Origin: Longimicrobiales bacterium
GTDB lineage: Bacteria > Gemmatimonadota > Gemmatimonadetes > Longimicrobiales > Gaopeijiaceae
Direction of reading: 5' to 3'
NCBI GenBank assembly: GCA_965248195.1
Contig: CBDFIQ010000002.1
Location: 608,001-672,000 of the forward strand
DNA: 64,000 nt
The notes below the pieces were generated by a model. It had not been told where the DNA came from, searched no databases, and saw nothing but the letters and a program-made list of their open reading frames with translations. How positions within the stretch are numbered: position 1 is the first letter of the stretch; every line of letters starts with the position of its first letter. Shown piece by piece: positions 19,722 through 30,200 of the stretch. Both the position numbers and the translations under genes were made by a program.

Positions 19722-20405
19722 ATGGGGTTGAGGCGTCGCCGCCTCCTACTCAAGGGGCTGGTCTGGCTCCTGGGGCTTGCGCCCGCCGTGTGGCTCCTGT
19801 GGCTCGGGTTCACGGACCGCCTCGGGGCCAACCCGATCGAGGAGGTACTGCACCGGATAGGCGACACCGCCTTGATCCTCCTCTTGGTTACGCTGTCCAT
19901 CACCCCCATTCGGCGCCTCACCGGCTGGAATAGCCTCGCTCCGCTCCGGCGCCCGGTCGGGCTCTTCGCGTTCTTCTACCTGACGATGCACTTCCTTTGG
20001 TATGCCGTCGTGGATCAGACGCTCGACCTCGAGTTCATCATCGAAGACATAATGGAGCGCCCGTATATTCTGGCTGGATTCACGGCTTGGTTGCTGCTGA
20101 TCCCCCTGGCCCTCACTTCGACCAAAGGATGGATCCGGAGACTCAGAAAGAACTGGCAAAGGCTCCATCGTTTGGTGTACGTGGCGACCAGTTTGGGCGT
20201 GCTGCATTTCTTCTGGCAGGTGAAGGCGGATACGTATTGGCCGGTCGTGGCTACGACCGTGTTGGTTGTCCTGATGCTCCTTCGTATTCGGCGGCGGCCG
20301 GTCTCAACAAGGCATCCGCTGCCCGAGGTCGATCCCCGAGGTCGATCCCCGAGGTCGATCCCCGAGGTCGATCAGAGCGCCCGCCCGGCCTTCAGACGCA
20401 GGTGA
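19722..20405 (+). CDS. msrQ: Protein-methionine-sulfoxide reductase heme-binding subunit
   Basis: LGANPIE, RRPVGL, LALTS, WQRLHRLVY. Confidence 0.95.
   Translation: MGLRRRRLLLKGLVWLLGLAPAVWLLWLGFTDRLGANPIEEVLHRIGDTALILLLVTLSITPIRRLTGWNSLAPLRRPVGLFAFFYLTMHFLWYAVVDQTLDLEFIIEDIMERPYILAGFTAWLLLIPLALTSTKGWIRRLRKNWQRLHRLVYVATSLGVLHFFWQVKADTYWPVVATTVLVVLMLLRIRRRPVSTRHPLPEVDPRGRSPRSIPEVDQSARPAFRRR
20322..20373 (+). repeat. 13-bp exact tandem repeat x4 (cccgaggtcgatc) in the msrQ 3' end
   Basis: Units at 20322, 20335, 20348 and 20361. Confidence 0.95.
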
Positions 20406-20415
20406 GAGTGATCGC

Positions 20416-21933
20416 ATGAATCCACTCGAACGGTACCGGGCGATCATCCCCGATTGGGAGCGGTTTCAAGAAACCATGCTTCGTCGCGATCCGCCCACGC
20501 TCCGGGTTCGGACGGGACGGATCTCAACGGTGAGCCTCAAAGACCGGCTCCAGGCCCAGGGTTTCGTCCTCTCCGAGGTGGAGGGGTTGCCGGATTTCTT
20601 GCGTGTGATCGATGGCCCCCATGCTGTGGCCGACACGCTCGAGAACTGGCTGGGCCTTTTCTACATCCAGCAAGCCTCCACGGGGGTGGCCGCGCCCCTA
20701 CTCGGCCCGCGTCCCGGTGAGCGGGTGCTGGATCTTTGTGCGGCCCCGGGGGGGAAGACCACCCACGCTGCCGACCTCATGCAGGACCGCGGCTGCATCG
20801 TGGCCGTCGACCGGAACGAAGACCGCATACGGGCGCTCCTCGGCAATATGTACCGCACGGCCCACCCGAACGTACTCGTGGTGGCCGGCGACGGCAGGTC
20901 GCTGCCGGACGGGGCGCTCTTCGACCGGGTGCTGGTGGATGCCCCATGTTCGGCCGAAGGGACGCTCCGCAGAAAACGCGGGAAGGCGAGAGGGCAGACG
21001 GCCAAGTTCCACAAGCAGGCGCCCCGGCGGCAGGAGGCGCTGCTCCGGCGAGCCATCGACCTTACCCGGCCCGGCGGCGCGGTACTCTACTCCACCTGCA
21101 CATTCGCCCCCGAAGAGAACGAGGCCGTCGTCGATCGTGTACTGAAGGACGCTCCCGTCACCCTCGATCCGATCACGATCGAGGTTCCCCATGCCCCCGG
21201 GCTGACCTCCTTCGAGGATCAGACGTTCGACGCGAGTCTCGAGGGTGCCTGCCGGATCTACCCTCACCACTTCGATTCGGGGGGACTGTTCCTGGCACGT
21301 CTCACGCGGCTCGGCGGGGACCAACCCGCCGGCTCCGTCGTGGACGATGCGGTGGGCTTGTCCGGGTGGAGTCCGGTCCCGACCGCCTTTCCCGACGCGC
21401 GCACGGATCCCGAGGCCGCGGCTGAAACGATCGAGGCCGCCTTCGATCGGCTGGAATCGTTGTTCGGGATCGGAGCGGACGTTCGGAGCGACTTCGGGTG
21501 GATCGTGAGAGGCGAGGATCTTTGGGCGCATCGCTGCGGAACCTGGCCCTTGGGAAGCTGGGGCGAGAGTGACCGCTGGCGGGTGGTCTCGGTCGGTCTG
21601 CGGGCGATGGTGCCGGATTACCGGAATCGGCCGCGGCCCACCAACGATCTCTTTCGGCTCCTTGAGACGGCGATTCTGCCCAAACTGATCTCGCTCTCGG
21701 TGGATGAGTGGGCGAAGCTCCTGAACGGTGAGGACGTCCCGGTCCCGGGCGTCGAATCCGGGTTCGTGCCGTTGGGAATCCAAGGGCAGGTCGCAGGCCG
21801 GGGCCTCGTGCGGGGAGAAACCGTACGCCACGAAATTCCCAAGGTGCAGGCGCGCTGGCTGGCGAGAATCCTGGAGCTGATTTCGAGTCCCGCTGCGTCG
21901 GGCGTCAAAGACAGTTCAGCCGGGAACCCGTAG
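20416..21933 (+). CDS. RsmB/RsmF/NOP2 family RNA m5C methyltransferase
   Basis: DLCAAPGGKT, DAPCS, YSTCT, EENE. Confidence 0.95.
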   Translation: MNPLERYRAIIPDWERFQETMLRRDPPTLRVRTGRISTVSLKDRLQAQGFVLSEVEGLPDFLRVIDGPHAVADTLENWLGLFYIQQASTGVAAPLLGPRPGERVLDLCAAPGGKTTHAADLMQDRGCIVAVDRNEDRIRALLGNMYRTAHPNVLVVAGDGRSLPDGALFDRVLVDAPCSAEGTLRRKRGKARGQTAKFHKQAPRRQEALLRRAIDLTRPGGAVLYSTCTFAPEENEAVVDRVLKDAPVTLDPITIEVPHAPGLTSFEDQTFDASLEGACRIYPHHFDSGGLFLARLTRLGGDQPAGSVVDDAVGLSGWSPVPTAFPDARTDPEAAAETIEAAFDRLESLFGIGADVRSDFGWIVRGEDLWAHRCGTWPLGSWGESDRWRVVSVGLRAMVPDYRNRPRPTNDLFRLLETAILPKLISLSVDEWAKLLNGEDVPVPGVESGFVPLGIQGQVAGRGLVRGETVRHEIPKVQARWLARILELISSPAASGVKDSSAGNP

Positions 21934-21975
21934 AAAATACTCCGCTCAGCCGGGAACCCGTAGAAAATACTCCGC
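21916..21975. repeat. 30-bp exact tandem duplication covering two convergent stop codons
   Basis: tcagccgggaacccgtagaaaatactccgc x2. Confidence 0.95.
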
Positions 21976-22335
21976 GACGAAACGGGCGTCACACGGGGCG
22001 AGGCTGAGCGTCGGTAGCGAGTCGAGCTCGACCCAACTGATCTCTGTATGCTCGGTCGGCTCGGGCTTACCACGGATGCCAACATCGAAAAACCGAACCA
22101 GGAATGGCGATCCGGGGTCTCGACACTCGTACACGACCCTCCCGACCGACGTCGTCTCGACCCCGAACTCCTCCAGGAGCTCACGTGTCACCGCGTCGAC
22201 CTCCGTCTCCCCCTCGTCGATCTTTCCCCCGGGAAACTCCCACAAGCCCCCGTGACGTTTATGGTCGGGCCTCCGGCCCAACAGAACCTTGTTCTCCCTC
22301 CGGATGATCGCTGCGACGACGGAAATCTGAGTCAT
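21946..22335 (-). CDS. NUDIX hydrolase (MutT/NudG-like)
   Basis: WEFPGGKIDEGETEVDAVTRELLEEFG Nudix box; start reassigned to MTQISVV. Confidence 0.92.
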   Translation of the reverse strand: MTQISVVAAIIRRENKVLLGRRPDHKRHGGLWEFPGGKIDEGETEVDAVTRELLEEFGVETTSVGRVVYECRDPGSPFLVRFFDVGIRGKPEPTEHTEISWVELDSLPTLSLAPCDARFVAEYFLRVPG

Positions 22336-22496
22336 GCCACAGGGTAACTTTTGGTGACAGCCGTAGCGACCGGTTTGGCCGATCTGCTCCATCCTGAGAA
22401 ATGTCTTGGGTGCCGCGGGAGGCCGTCCATAATTTGGATCATGGATACGGTCTCGATCGTACTTGGCCGGCCTACACACTTTTCCCGAGGTGACTT

Positions 22497-23696
22497 GTGT
22501 TTGATTTATCCCCCCGGTGCTCTGTTTGGGCAAAGCAGGTGGCCGCCTGCTTTACGCTCTTCCTCCTATCATCGCCCGCCGATGCAGGGGCTCAGGGAAC
22601 GTCGGTACTCACCCTCCTCAGCACCGATGGACGGGAACTGGAGATCGGTGACGAGGTCGGAGGCGCGCTTTCTGCGTCGGACTTCGTCACGGCGAATGAG
22701 AACTATGTAGAGGCGTGGGCCTTGGAGGGAGAACCCGGGCAGGAGGTTTGGATTGATCTCGTATCTGACGACTTCGATAGTTATCTGTACGTGGTGGGTC
22801 CGGGTTTCGGGGAGACCCTTACGGACGACGACAGCGGTGGTGCCTGTCACGCGCGAATCAACTTTACGTTCCTTGATCGGGGTGTGTTTCGTGTGGTCGC
22901 GAGCTCCACCTCGGGGCGGCAGAGCGGCACTTATCGACTCCGGGTGTCAAGGGATCCCCGTCCCGCGGCGGAGATCTCCTGTGGCGGGGTCGATGGGTCT
23001 GCGCTGGTTGCGCTGCCGACCGACGGGGGAGAGTTGACCTGGGGCGAGCAGGCACGGGGACGCCTATCCGGCATCGAGGCTATGCTCGGGGACGGCAAGC
23101 CGGTTCAGGTTTGGACTTTGGAGGCCCTTGCGGGCGAGAGGGCTACGATTCGGCTCGAGTCCGACGACTTCGACGCATATCTCTTCGTCTACGGTCCCGG
23201 TATGGGTGAGGCCATGACCGACGACGACAGCGGTGGAGACTTGAACTCCGAGCTGACGCTTCGGTTTCCCGAGACCGGCACGTACAGGATAGGTGCGGGG
23301 GCGCTGAGCCTGGGGTCGACCGGGTCGTACTCCTTGAGCGTCGTGGATCCGATCGATATGAACGAGCTCGCCACCGATGGCCGGATACTTCGGAGAGGAT
23401 CGCCCCCCATGGGGAGGCTCACGGGGGCGGATCCGGTAATCGACGGCAAGCCTGTGCAAGCGTGGGCCTTTGAGGCTCGCGCTGGGGGTTTCGTGACGAT
23501 CGACCTGATGTCGGACGACTTCGACAGCTACCTGTACGTTGTCGGCCCGGGTCTGCCGGACCCGCTGACGGACGACGACGGCGGGGAGGGTTTGAACTCC
23601 CGTCTCGACGTCTCCTTCCCGTACGACGGCGTGTACCGAGTGGTCGCTTCGTCCCTCGGAGGAACACTGGGCACGTTCACTCTACGTGTGCGCTGA
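22497..23696 (+). CDS. Secreted protein with three tandem PPC (pre-peptidase C-terminal)-like domains
   Basis: Three repeats of W...G....IxLxSDDFD(S/A)YL(Y/F)V.GPG....TDDD.GG; start uncertain. Confidence 0.8.
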   Translation: MFDLSPRCSVWAKQVAACFTLFLLSSPADAGAQGTSVLTLLSTDGRELEIGDEVGGALSASDFVTANENYVEAWALEGEPGQEVWIDLVSDDFDSYLYVVGPGFGETLTDDDSGGACHARINFTFLDRGVFRVVASSTSGRQSGTYRLRVSRDPRPAAEISCGGVDGSALVALPTDGGELTWGEQARGRLSGIEAMLGDGKPVQVWTLEALAGERATIRLESDDFDAYLFVYGPGMGEAMTDDDSGGDLNSELTLRFPETGTYRIGAGALSLGSTGSYSLSVVDPIDMNELATDGRILRRGSPPMGRLTGADPVIDGKPVQAWAFEARAGGFVTIDLMSDDFDSYLYVVGPGLPDPLTDDDGGEGLNSRLDVSFPYDGVYRVVASSLGGTLGTFTLRVR

Positions 23697-23774
23697 CGTG
23701 AGCGCCGAGAGCCATCGTCGAGAGCCGATAACGTGGACGGTAGCCGCGAAGGAGTCCCCCTAACTTCGATTCGA

Positions 23775-25403
23775 CTATTGAATGATCGGCCTCTCCCTCA
23801 CCGTGGGATACTCGATGCCGAGCTGCTCCAGATACGTGTCGAATCGCGTAGGGTCGTAGTAGTAGGGCTCCATCAGGGGCCGGTACCTCTGCATGATCGC
23901 CTCGTTGAGGAAGATGGCCGGTTCGTCCGTGTCCGAGATGAAGGGGATGTATTCCTGTTCAGGGGTCTGGACGTCGTTGAAGTATGACCATGCATCTTCC
24001 ACGAGCTCGGGCCTGAGGAGAAGATCCAACAGGGTGAGCGCCTGTACCTTCGCACCCGCCAACGTGCCCTTGTGCGCGATTGGCGTGGCCATCGTGATGC
24101 CATTGGCCCAGTTGTGCCCGGGGCCACCGGGTATGTTGGCGGGATAACGCAGCGTCACCGTCGGCATGTTCCAGGAGACGTCGCCGATGTCGTCCGAGCC
24201 GCCCCCCAACGAGCGCGAGAGGTCGACGGGTCCCCGGAGCTCGGGGATCGAGTCCGGCAACCCCTGCTCCTCCTGACCCAACTCACGCTGGAGTCCGTTG
24301 GCCAGAGTCTGGTCGTCTTCGGACCAATCGGGCAAGCCCACGCGCTGAATGTTCTCGTGCGTGGCCTCGGCCACAGGCTTGTTGAAGTGGCGGCTCCAGG
24401 CCGAGCCCACGATCTGAATCGTGTCGATCTCCGTACCCGTCATGAGGGCGGCGCCCTCCGCCATGAGGATCGCGGCGTCGTATTGCTCCTTGGTCAGCGC
24501 GTAGTCGCGTTCTCTGAAGAAAAACCAGATCGTAGCCTGCTGAGGAACGACGTTGGGCTGGTCTCCGCCTTCGACAATGATGTAGTGCGAGCGTGCGGCT
24601 GGTCGGAGATGCTCCCGCTTGAACTCCCACGCCTGCGCCATCAACATCACCGCATCCAGCGCCGACCGTCCCCGCCAGGGTGAGCCGGCGGAGTGTGCGG
24701 TCTCCCCGGTAAAGCTGAATTGTGCCGAGATGAGTGCGTTGCCGCTGCTCTGGCCCCACGCCATGCTGAAGTTCGAATCGACGTGGGTGAACAGGTTGAC
24801 GTCAACGCCCTCGAAGACACCATCGCGCACGAAGAAGGCCTTGGACCCCAGTTGCTCCTCGGCGATGCCCGGCCAAATGAGCAGGGTGCCCGAGAGGCTC
24901 TCTCGCTCCATGATCTCCTTCACCGCCAGGGCGGCGACGATGTTTACCGCCTGCCCCGAGTTATGTCCCTCCCCGTGCCCCGGAGCCATGGAGAGGATCG
25001 GCTCGCGGTACCCCACGCCCGGCTTTTGATTGGACTGGGGAATACCATCGACGTCCGATCCCAAGGCGATCACCGGGCGGCCCGAGCCCCACCTCGCGGT
25101 CCACGCGCTCGGCATTCCGGCGACCCCCAACTCGATCTCGAAGCCATTGTCCTCCAGCAGTCCGGTCAGGTACCGCTGGGTCTCGAACTCCTGAAAGCCG
25201 AGTTCGCCGAACGAAAACAGTTGGTCGACGATTTGCTGCACCATTTTCGCGCGGCCCTCGACCGACTCCAGCGCCTCGACTTTCATAGCCTCGAGGCGCG
25301 GGTCCGCGTCCTGGATTGTCGCGGCGGCTGCGGCGAGGGGTATGCATGCAAGGGACGCCAGCGTGGCGGCGAAGGATCGTAGCGGAAAGCGGCACATCTT
25401 CAT
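23775..25403 (-). CDS. M20 amidohydrolase (AbgB-like), secreted
   Basis: ELGFQEFET, GHGEGHN, AEE, GGSDDIGDVSW. Confidence 0.92.
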   Translation of the reverse strand: MKMCRFPLRSFAATLASLACIPLAAAAATIQDADPRLEAMKVEALESVEGRAKMVQQIVDQLFSFGELGFQEFETQRYLTGLLEDNGFEIELGVAGMPSAWTARWGSGRPVIALGSDVDGIPQSNQKPGVGYREPILSMAPGHGEGHNSGQAVNIVAALAVKEIMERESLSGTLLIWPGIAEEQLGSKAFFVRDGVFEGVDVNLFTHVDSNFSMAWGQSSGNALISAQFSFTGETAHSAGSPWRGRSALDAVMLMAQAWEFKREHLRPAARSHYIIVEGGDQPNVVPQQATIWFFFRERDYALTKEQYDAAILMAEGAALMTGTEIDTIQIVGSAWSRHFNKPVAEATHENIQRVGLPDWSEDDQTLANGLQRELGQEEQGLPDSIPELRGPVDLSRSLGGGSDDIGDVSWNMPTVTLRYPANIPGGPGHNWANGITMATPIAHKGTLAGAKVQALTLLDLLLRPELVEDAWSYFNDVQTPEQEYIPFISDTDEPAIFLNEAIMQRYRPLMEPYYYDPTRFDTYLEQLGIEYPTVRERPIIQ

Positions 25404-25562
25404 TCTCCATCAAGAGCGTTCTGGGTCTGGTAGCTCGGGGACCCGCCTCGGAAAAGCCTGAGGCGTAGGTCGACGCTCCGGGCAGGATGGGCCGGAAGGT
25501 CGTGTCCCGCAACCTGACACGCCGCTGAACCTGATGCGTCGCTGAAGTAGGCGGGCTGTGTG

Positions 25563-26816
25563 CTATTCGGGCGGCGTGTGAAGGTAGACCTCGTTCAGGG
25601 TGGTCACCCCTTCACGTGCCACACCCAGGGCCATCGAGCGCAGGGTGGTCATGCCCTCCAGTACCGCTTCCGCCTGAAGCTCGCTTTCCGAGGCTTTTTC
25701 GATCACCAGTTGCTGTAGATGGTCGGAGAACGGCATCGACTCACACACGAGAATTCTCTCGTCCGTGTATCCGAGACCATGACAGGCGTCGCCCCCGACG
25801 GCCCGATGGGAAGCGAAGGGTTCGGGCGTGCTCAGGCCGGTTTGCTCGTCGGGCGAGGGCGTCCCCAGAACCACGGCGTGCTCTCGGCACTCGACGCACA
25901 GACGCCGTAGGAGCCGCTGCGCCTGAATCAGCGCGATGCCGCTCCCCACGAGCCACGGCTCGATCCCCAGATTCACGAAATGTGTTACGGCCGCCGCGGC
26001 ACTGGAGCTATGGAGGGAGGTGATCACGAGCTTTTGATGCTCGATCGCCGCGCTCAGCGCCAGCGTGGCGGATTCAACGCCGGAAAGGTCTTGCACATAG
26101 ACGACATCGGTATCTGTCCTCATGAGGGCCCGCAGCATCGTGTTTTTTTCGTCCACGTCCACAGCCTCCATCCGGTGCACGCCGGGGATCTGCCCTTGAG
26201 CGACCCTTTCGATCGTCGCCACGCTGCGAGCGCTACGGTCGATCCGAAGCAGCGAAGCGTAGGCGGTGGTGTCCAGGCCGCTGCCGGCGGGTCCGCACAA
26301 TACGATGAGTCCGGACCTCCGTTTGAGGGCGGACTTCAACGTGGTCAGCTGATCGTGCACCAGGCCTATCTCGTCGAGACGCCGGGGGTCCATGTGGGTC
26401 TCTCGGAGCACCTGAAGTATGGCCTTTTCGCCCGTGATGCTTGGCAACATCTGGGTGGCGAACCGATGCGTCTTACCCCCGTTCTGGAATTCGATGACGC
26501 CCCACTCCGGACCGAGGGGTGGCACCACGCTGAGGCCCGCCAACGTCCGAAGCCGCGTCATGACCGCTGAAATGTCGCGAGGCTCCCTCGCGAACTCCCG
26601 ATACTCACGCCCGACCCGATATCGCACGGCTACATCGTCATCCACCGGTTCGATATGGATGTGGGAGGCGCACTGCGTGATCGCCCCCTGCAGCGCCGAC
26701 TCGAGAAACGCGACTTCAGGGGCTTCGTCTGCGGGAATGTGTTCCATGCTCAATCCTGTGGCATGGCGGCCCGGTTGTGCAATGGTTCTGGTTTCCACTG
26801 GAGGTTTGGGCCGCAT
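25563..26816 (-). CDS. GspE/PilB-like protein with degenerate ATPase motifs
   Basis: ASHIHIEP, GEKAIL and AQRLLRRLCVEC retained; Walker A reads GPAGSGLDTT. Confidence 0.8.
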   Translation of the reverse strand: MRPKPPVETRTIAQPGRHATGLSMEHIPADEAPEVAFLESALQGAITQCASHIHIEPVDDDVAVRYRVGREYREFAREPRDISAVMTRLRTLAGLSVVPPLGPEWGVIEFQNGGKTHRFATQMLPSITGEKAILQVLRETHMDPRRLDEIGLVHDQLTTLKSALKRRSGLIVLCGPAGSGLDTTAYASLLRIDRSARSVATIERVAQGQIPGVHRMEAVDVDEKNTMLRALMRTDTDVVYVQDLSGVESATLALSAAIEHQKLVITSLHSSSAAAAVTHFVNLGIEPWLVGSGIALIQAQRLLRRLCVECREHAVVLGTPSPDEQTGLSTPEPFASHRAVGGDACHGLGYTDERILVCESMPFSDHLQQLVIEKASESELQAEAVLEGMTTLRSMALGVAREGVTTLNEVYLHTPPE

Positions 26817-27017
26817 GTTCTCTGCGTCCGCCCGTCCTCAATGGGCCACTCGGAGCCCAAGGAGATCTGAAATGACCCCGTCGTCCATGGTCCCCCGGTA
26901 CGCCAGGCGGCCGATCTGCCGTCGATCGCCGAGAAGACGGAGGGGACGGAAAAACTCATGGGTTTCTTCCTTTGTATTGGGATGAGGAGGAGGGTTGAAA
27001 ACACCCCGGAAAACCTG

Positions 27018-27046
27018 TTGACGCGACCAACCTCGAACGCTACGAT
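27018..27046 (+). promoter_or_regulatory. Sigma70 promoter of susC1
   Basis: TTGACG-17 bp-TACGAT; conserved in the second copy. Confidence 0.75.
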
Positions 27047-27049
27047 CAG

Positions 27050-27240
27050 CTTTGAGCCATCAGCTTCGATTGCGAGGTTTCTTGGAGAGCTCGTACTTCG
27101 AGGTTGGTATCGAGAAGCTCGGCCCCAGTGGGGTCGCGTGGTTTTGTCGCATATAGTGGTTTTGTCCTAATAGGCGATCGGCACGTTGGGGCCCACTCCC
27201 GGGCCCTGTGCGGTGTGTAGTTCAACCAAAAGGGGGAGCT
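27050..27240 (+). ncRNA. Candidate structured cis-regulatory 5' leader (copy 1)
   Basis: Four hairpins shared with copy 2; one compensatory pair; loop ACUCCC complementary to the SD. Confidence 0.55.
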
Positions 27241-30200
27241 ATGAAAACAGGATTCCGTTCCAGAGTACTGGGCGGGTTCGGTGCCTTGGTGATGGCTCTG
27301 TTAGTAGTAGCGCCGAGTATCGGCGCGCAGCAGGGCGGTACCGTCACTGGTCGGGTGCTGGATTCGCAGACCGGGGCGCCGTTAGCGGCAGTCCAGGTCT
27401 TTATCTCCGCACTGGACTTGGGCGGCCTGACGCAACAGAACGGCCGCTATCTACTGCAAAACGTGCCTGCGGGCACCCACACGCTGAGCGTGGCCCGCAT
27501 CGGGTACCGGACAGCAGAGGCACAGGTCTCGGTCGGTGGCGGTCAAACCGTCGAGCAGAATTTCGCCATCGCCGAAGAAGCCCTGGCGCTCGATGAGATC
27601 ATCGTCACCGGAACTCCGGGAGGTACGCAGAGGCGGGCCATCGGGAACGCCGTGACCCGGCTGGACGCGTCGGCTGTTACCGACCGGATGGCGATCACCG
27701 GCATACAGGACCTGCTGACCGCCCGAGCCCCCGGCCTCCAGTACAACAGGCTGAGCGGCAACGTCGGCACGGGCGGGGGGATTCGGATCCGTGGTGTCTC
27801 GAGCCTCGAGCTCGGGGCGCAACCCCTCATCTACGTGGACGGCATTCGGGTCAACAACTCGAATGCGATCGGGCCCGACATTGGCCGGGACCGGCAGAGC
27901 AGCGCCTTGAACGACTTCAGCCCCGACGAAATCGAGAGCATCGAGATCATCAAGGGACCGGCGGCGGCGACGCTGTACGGCACCGAGGCCTCGGCGGGTG
28001 TGATCCAGATCATCACGAAGAGGGGTGAGGTGGGCGCCCCCGTGTTCAACCTCTCGGTGCGGCAGGGAACCAATTTCATGGTGGACCCGGCCGGTAAGCT
28101 GGGCACCAGGTATGGATGCATCACGACGTTCGCCCCGCCCTGTCCTGCAGCGGACGTCGTCAGCTACAACCCTTACGACGAAGCGAACGCCTGGCGGGCA
28201 AGGGAAGGCCTACCTGGAGATCTCTACCAGAACGGTCTCTCCTCCAATTACAACCTCTCCGTGCGGGGCGGCACCGAGGCGGTTCGCTACTTCGTGTCGG
28301 CTGACTATACCGACGACAACGGGATCGTCGACTACAACTTCAAAGAGCAGACCAACGTGAGGGCCAACCTTAGCCTGATCCTGGCTCCGACCCTGAACGC
28401 TGACATCTCGACGGGCTTTGTCTCGGGCACGATCAGGTATGCCGCGCCGGTCATATCAGACGGTGGAACCTGGCAGGATATGCAGTGGGGTAACGGCTTC
28501 TGCCTGTTGAGCACTCAGCAGACCCGCTTCGACCGGGGGATCAATCCGGTAGGAGAATCGGTTCCCATGTTCCCGGACCCGAACTGCGGTCTCGCGGGCT
28601 TTCAGGAGCACCTCCCCACGGACGTCGAGGAGGTCAATGCCTTCCGATACTACGATCGCTTCACCGGGAGCGCCACGCTGACCCACACGATAGGTGACAA
28701 CTTCACCCAGCGCCTCGTAGGCGGGGTCGACAAGGGTTGGGACACCAACAGCTACTTCATCCCGCTGGATGAAGACGGGATTTACACGGAGAACGTGTTG
28801 GGTGAAGTGAGGTTGGGCACGCCCGAAACGACGGTCCTCTCCGTCGACTGGTCCGGTACCTACCGATACGACGTGAACGACAACTTCAGGGTCACGTCGT
28901 CGGTCGGAACACAGTACTACTCCAGACTTTTCGAACAACAAGAGGTGATCGGAAAGGGATTCGCCTCGCCTGAGCAGAAGACGGTCAACCAGACCGCGAG
29001 AGACCAGCTCGAGGTTACCTATCTATTTAGAGAGAACAAGTCGCTCGGCGTCTTCGTGCAGGAGGAGATCGGCTACCAGGACCGGATCTTCTTGACGGGG
29101 GCCGTCCGCGCGGACGACAACTCCGCGTTCGGCTCCGACTTCGATCTGATCTACTACCCCAAGTTGTCGGGTACGTGGGTCCTCTCGGAGGAGGAAATGT
29201 GGAACATCGACTTCATAAACTCGTTCCGGATTCGCGGCGCGTGGGGCAAGGCCGGGCGCCAGCCCGATGTGCTCGCCCGGGCGACCCTCTACGCAGCATT
29301 TCCGGGACCGGGGGGAGCCCCCGCGTTGAGGCCGAGCCGGCCCGGTAACACGGCGGTCGGTCCGGAACAGAGCACCGAGCTCGAGATTGGCGCCGACTTC
29401 GCACTCATGGACGACCGCGTCTCCGGCGAGTTCACCTGGTACAACCAAAAAACAACGGACGCGCTCCTGGATCTGGATCAGGTGCCGAGTTTTGGATTTC
29501 CGGGGGACTTTCAAGGGAACATCGGCCGGATCGACAACTGGGGCTGGGAAGCGATCCTGAACACGCGGATCGTACAGACGCAGGATGTCGGGTTCGACAT
29601 CACCTTTTCGGCGGACCACACCGATAACCTGATCGTCGACCTCGCCGGCGTCGATGCGGGTAACAATTCCCAAGTCGGGCATCCCTTCCCGAACGAAGTT
29701 GACCGCATCCTCCGCAGCGTGGCCGGTCTCGATCCGGTTACGCAGGAACCGATCGACGCGATGTGCGACCCGGGTATCCCCCGGGAGGGCACGAACCCGG
29801 CCACGGGCGAGGCGTGGGCGGACTCAAACGTCCAGGGGGGCGTGCCAGTCGCCTGCGGTGGTATAAGGAGTGCGCAGTTGCTGATCGGGCCGGCGTTTGC
29901 CACATACACGTTCAGCGTGGCGCCCACGCTTTCGCTGCTCGGCAACACTCTCCAGATCTTCGCTATGGCGGAGGGCCAGTACGGCAAGACTGGCGACGAG
30001 GGCGACGTGGAATGGGGGATCGACTACAACAACAGCCTGCAGTCCCAGTTGAGGACGGATCCCCTCTTCGTGGCCTCGGAATCCGCTTTCATCGGAGACG
30101 ACACGCAACACGCTCACTTCGACGCGTCCTTCTGGAAGCTGCGGGAGATCGGAGCCCGGTATCAACTGCCGCAGTCCTTGACCTCGACGTTGGGGGTGGA

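Noticed and set aside
20322..20373. Short repeats as a CRISPR array (also 1406-1465 and 56725-56790)
   Set aside because: The units are contiguous with no spacers, are too short, and no cas genes are present.
25435..25555. TPP-riboswitch-like words (ctgag, gaacctgat)
   Set aside because: The remaining TPP core is missing, the strand is opposite to the flanking genes, and gaacctgat is part of a 17-bp tandem duplication.
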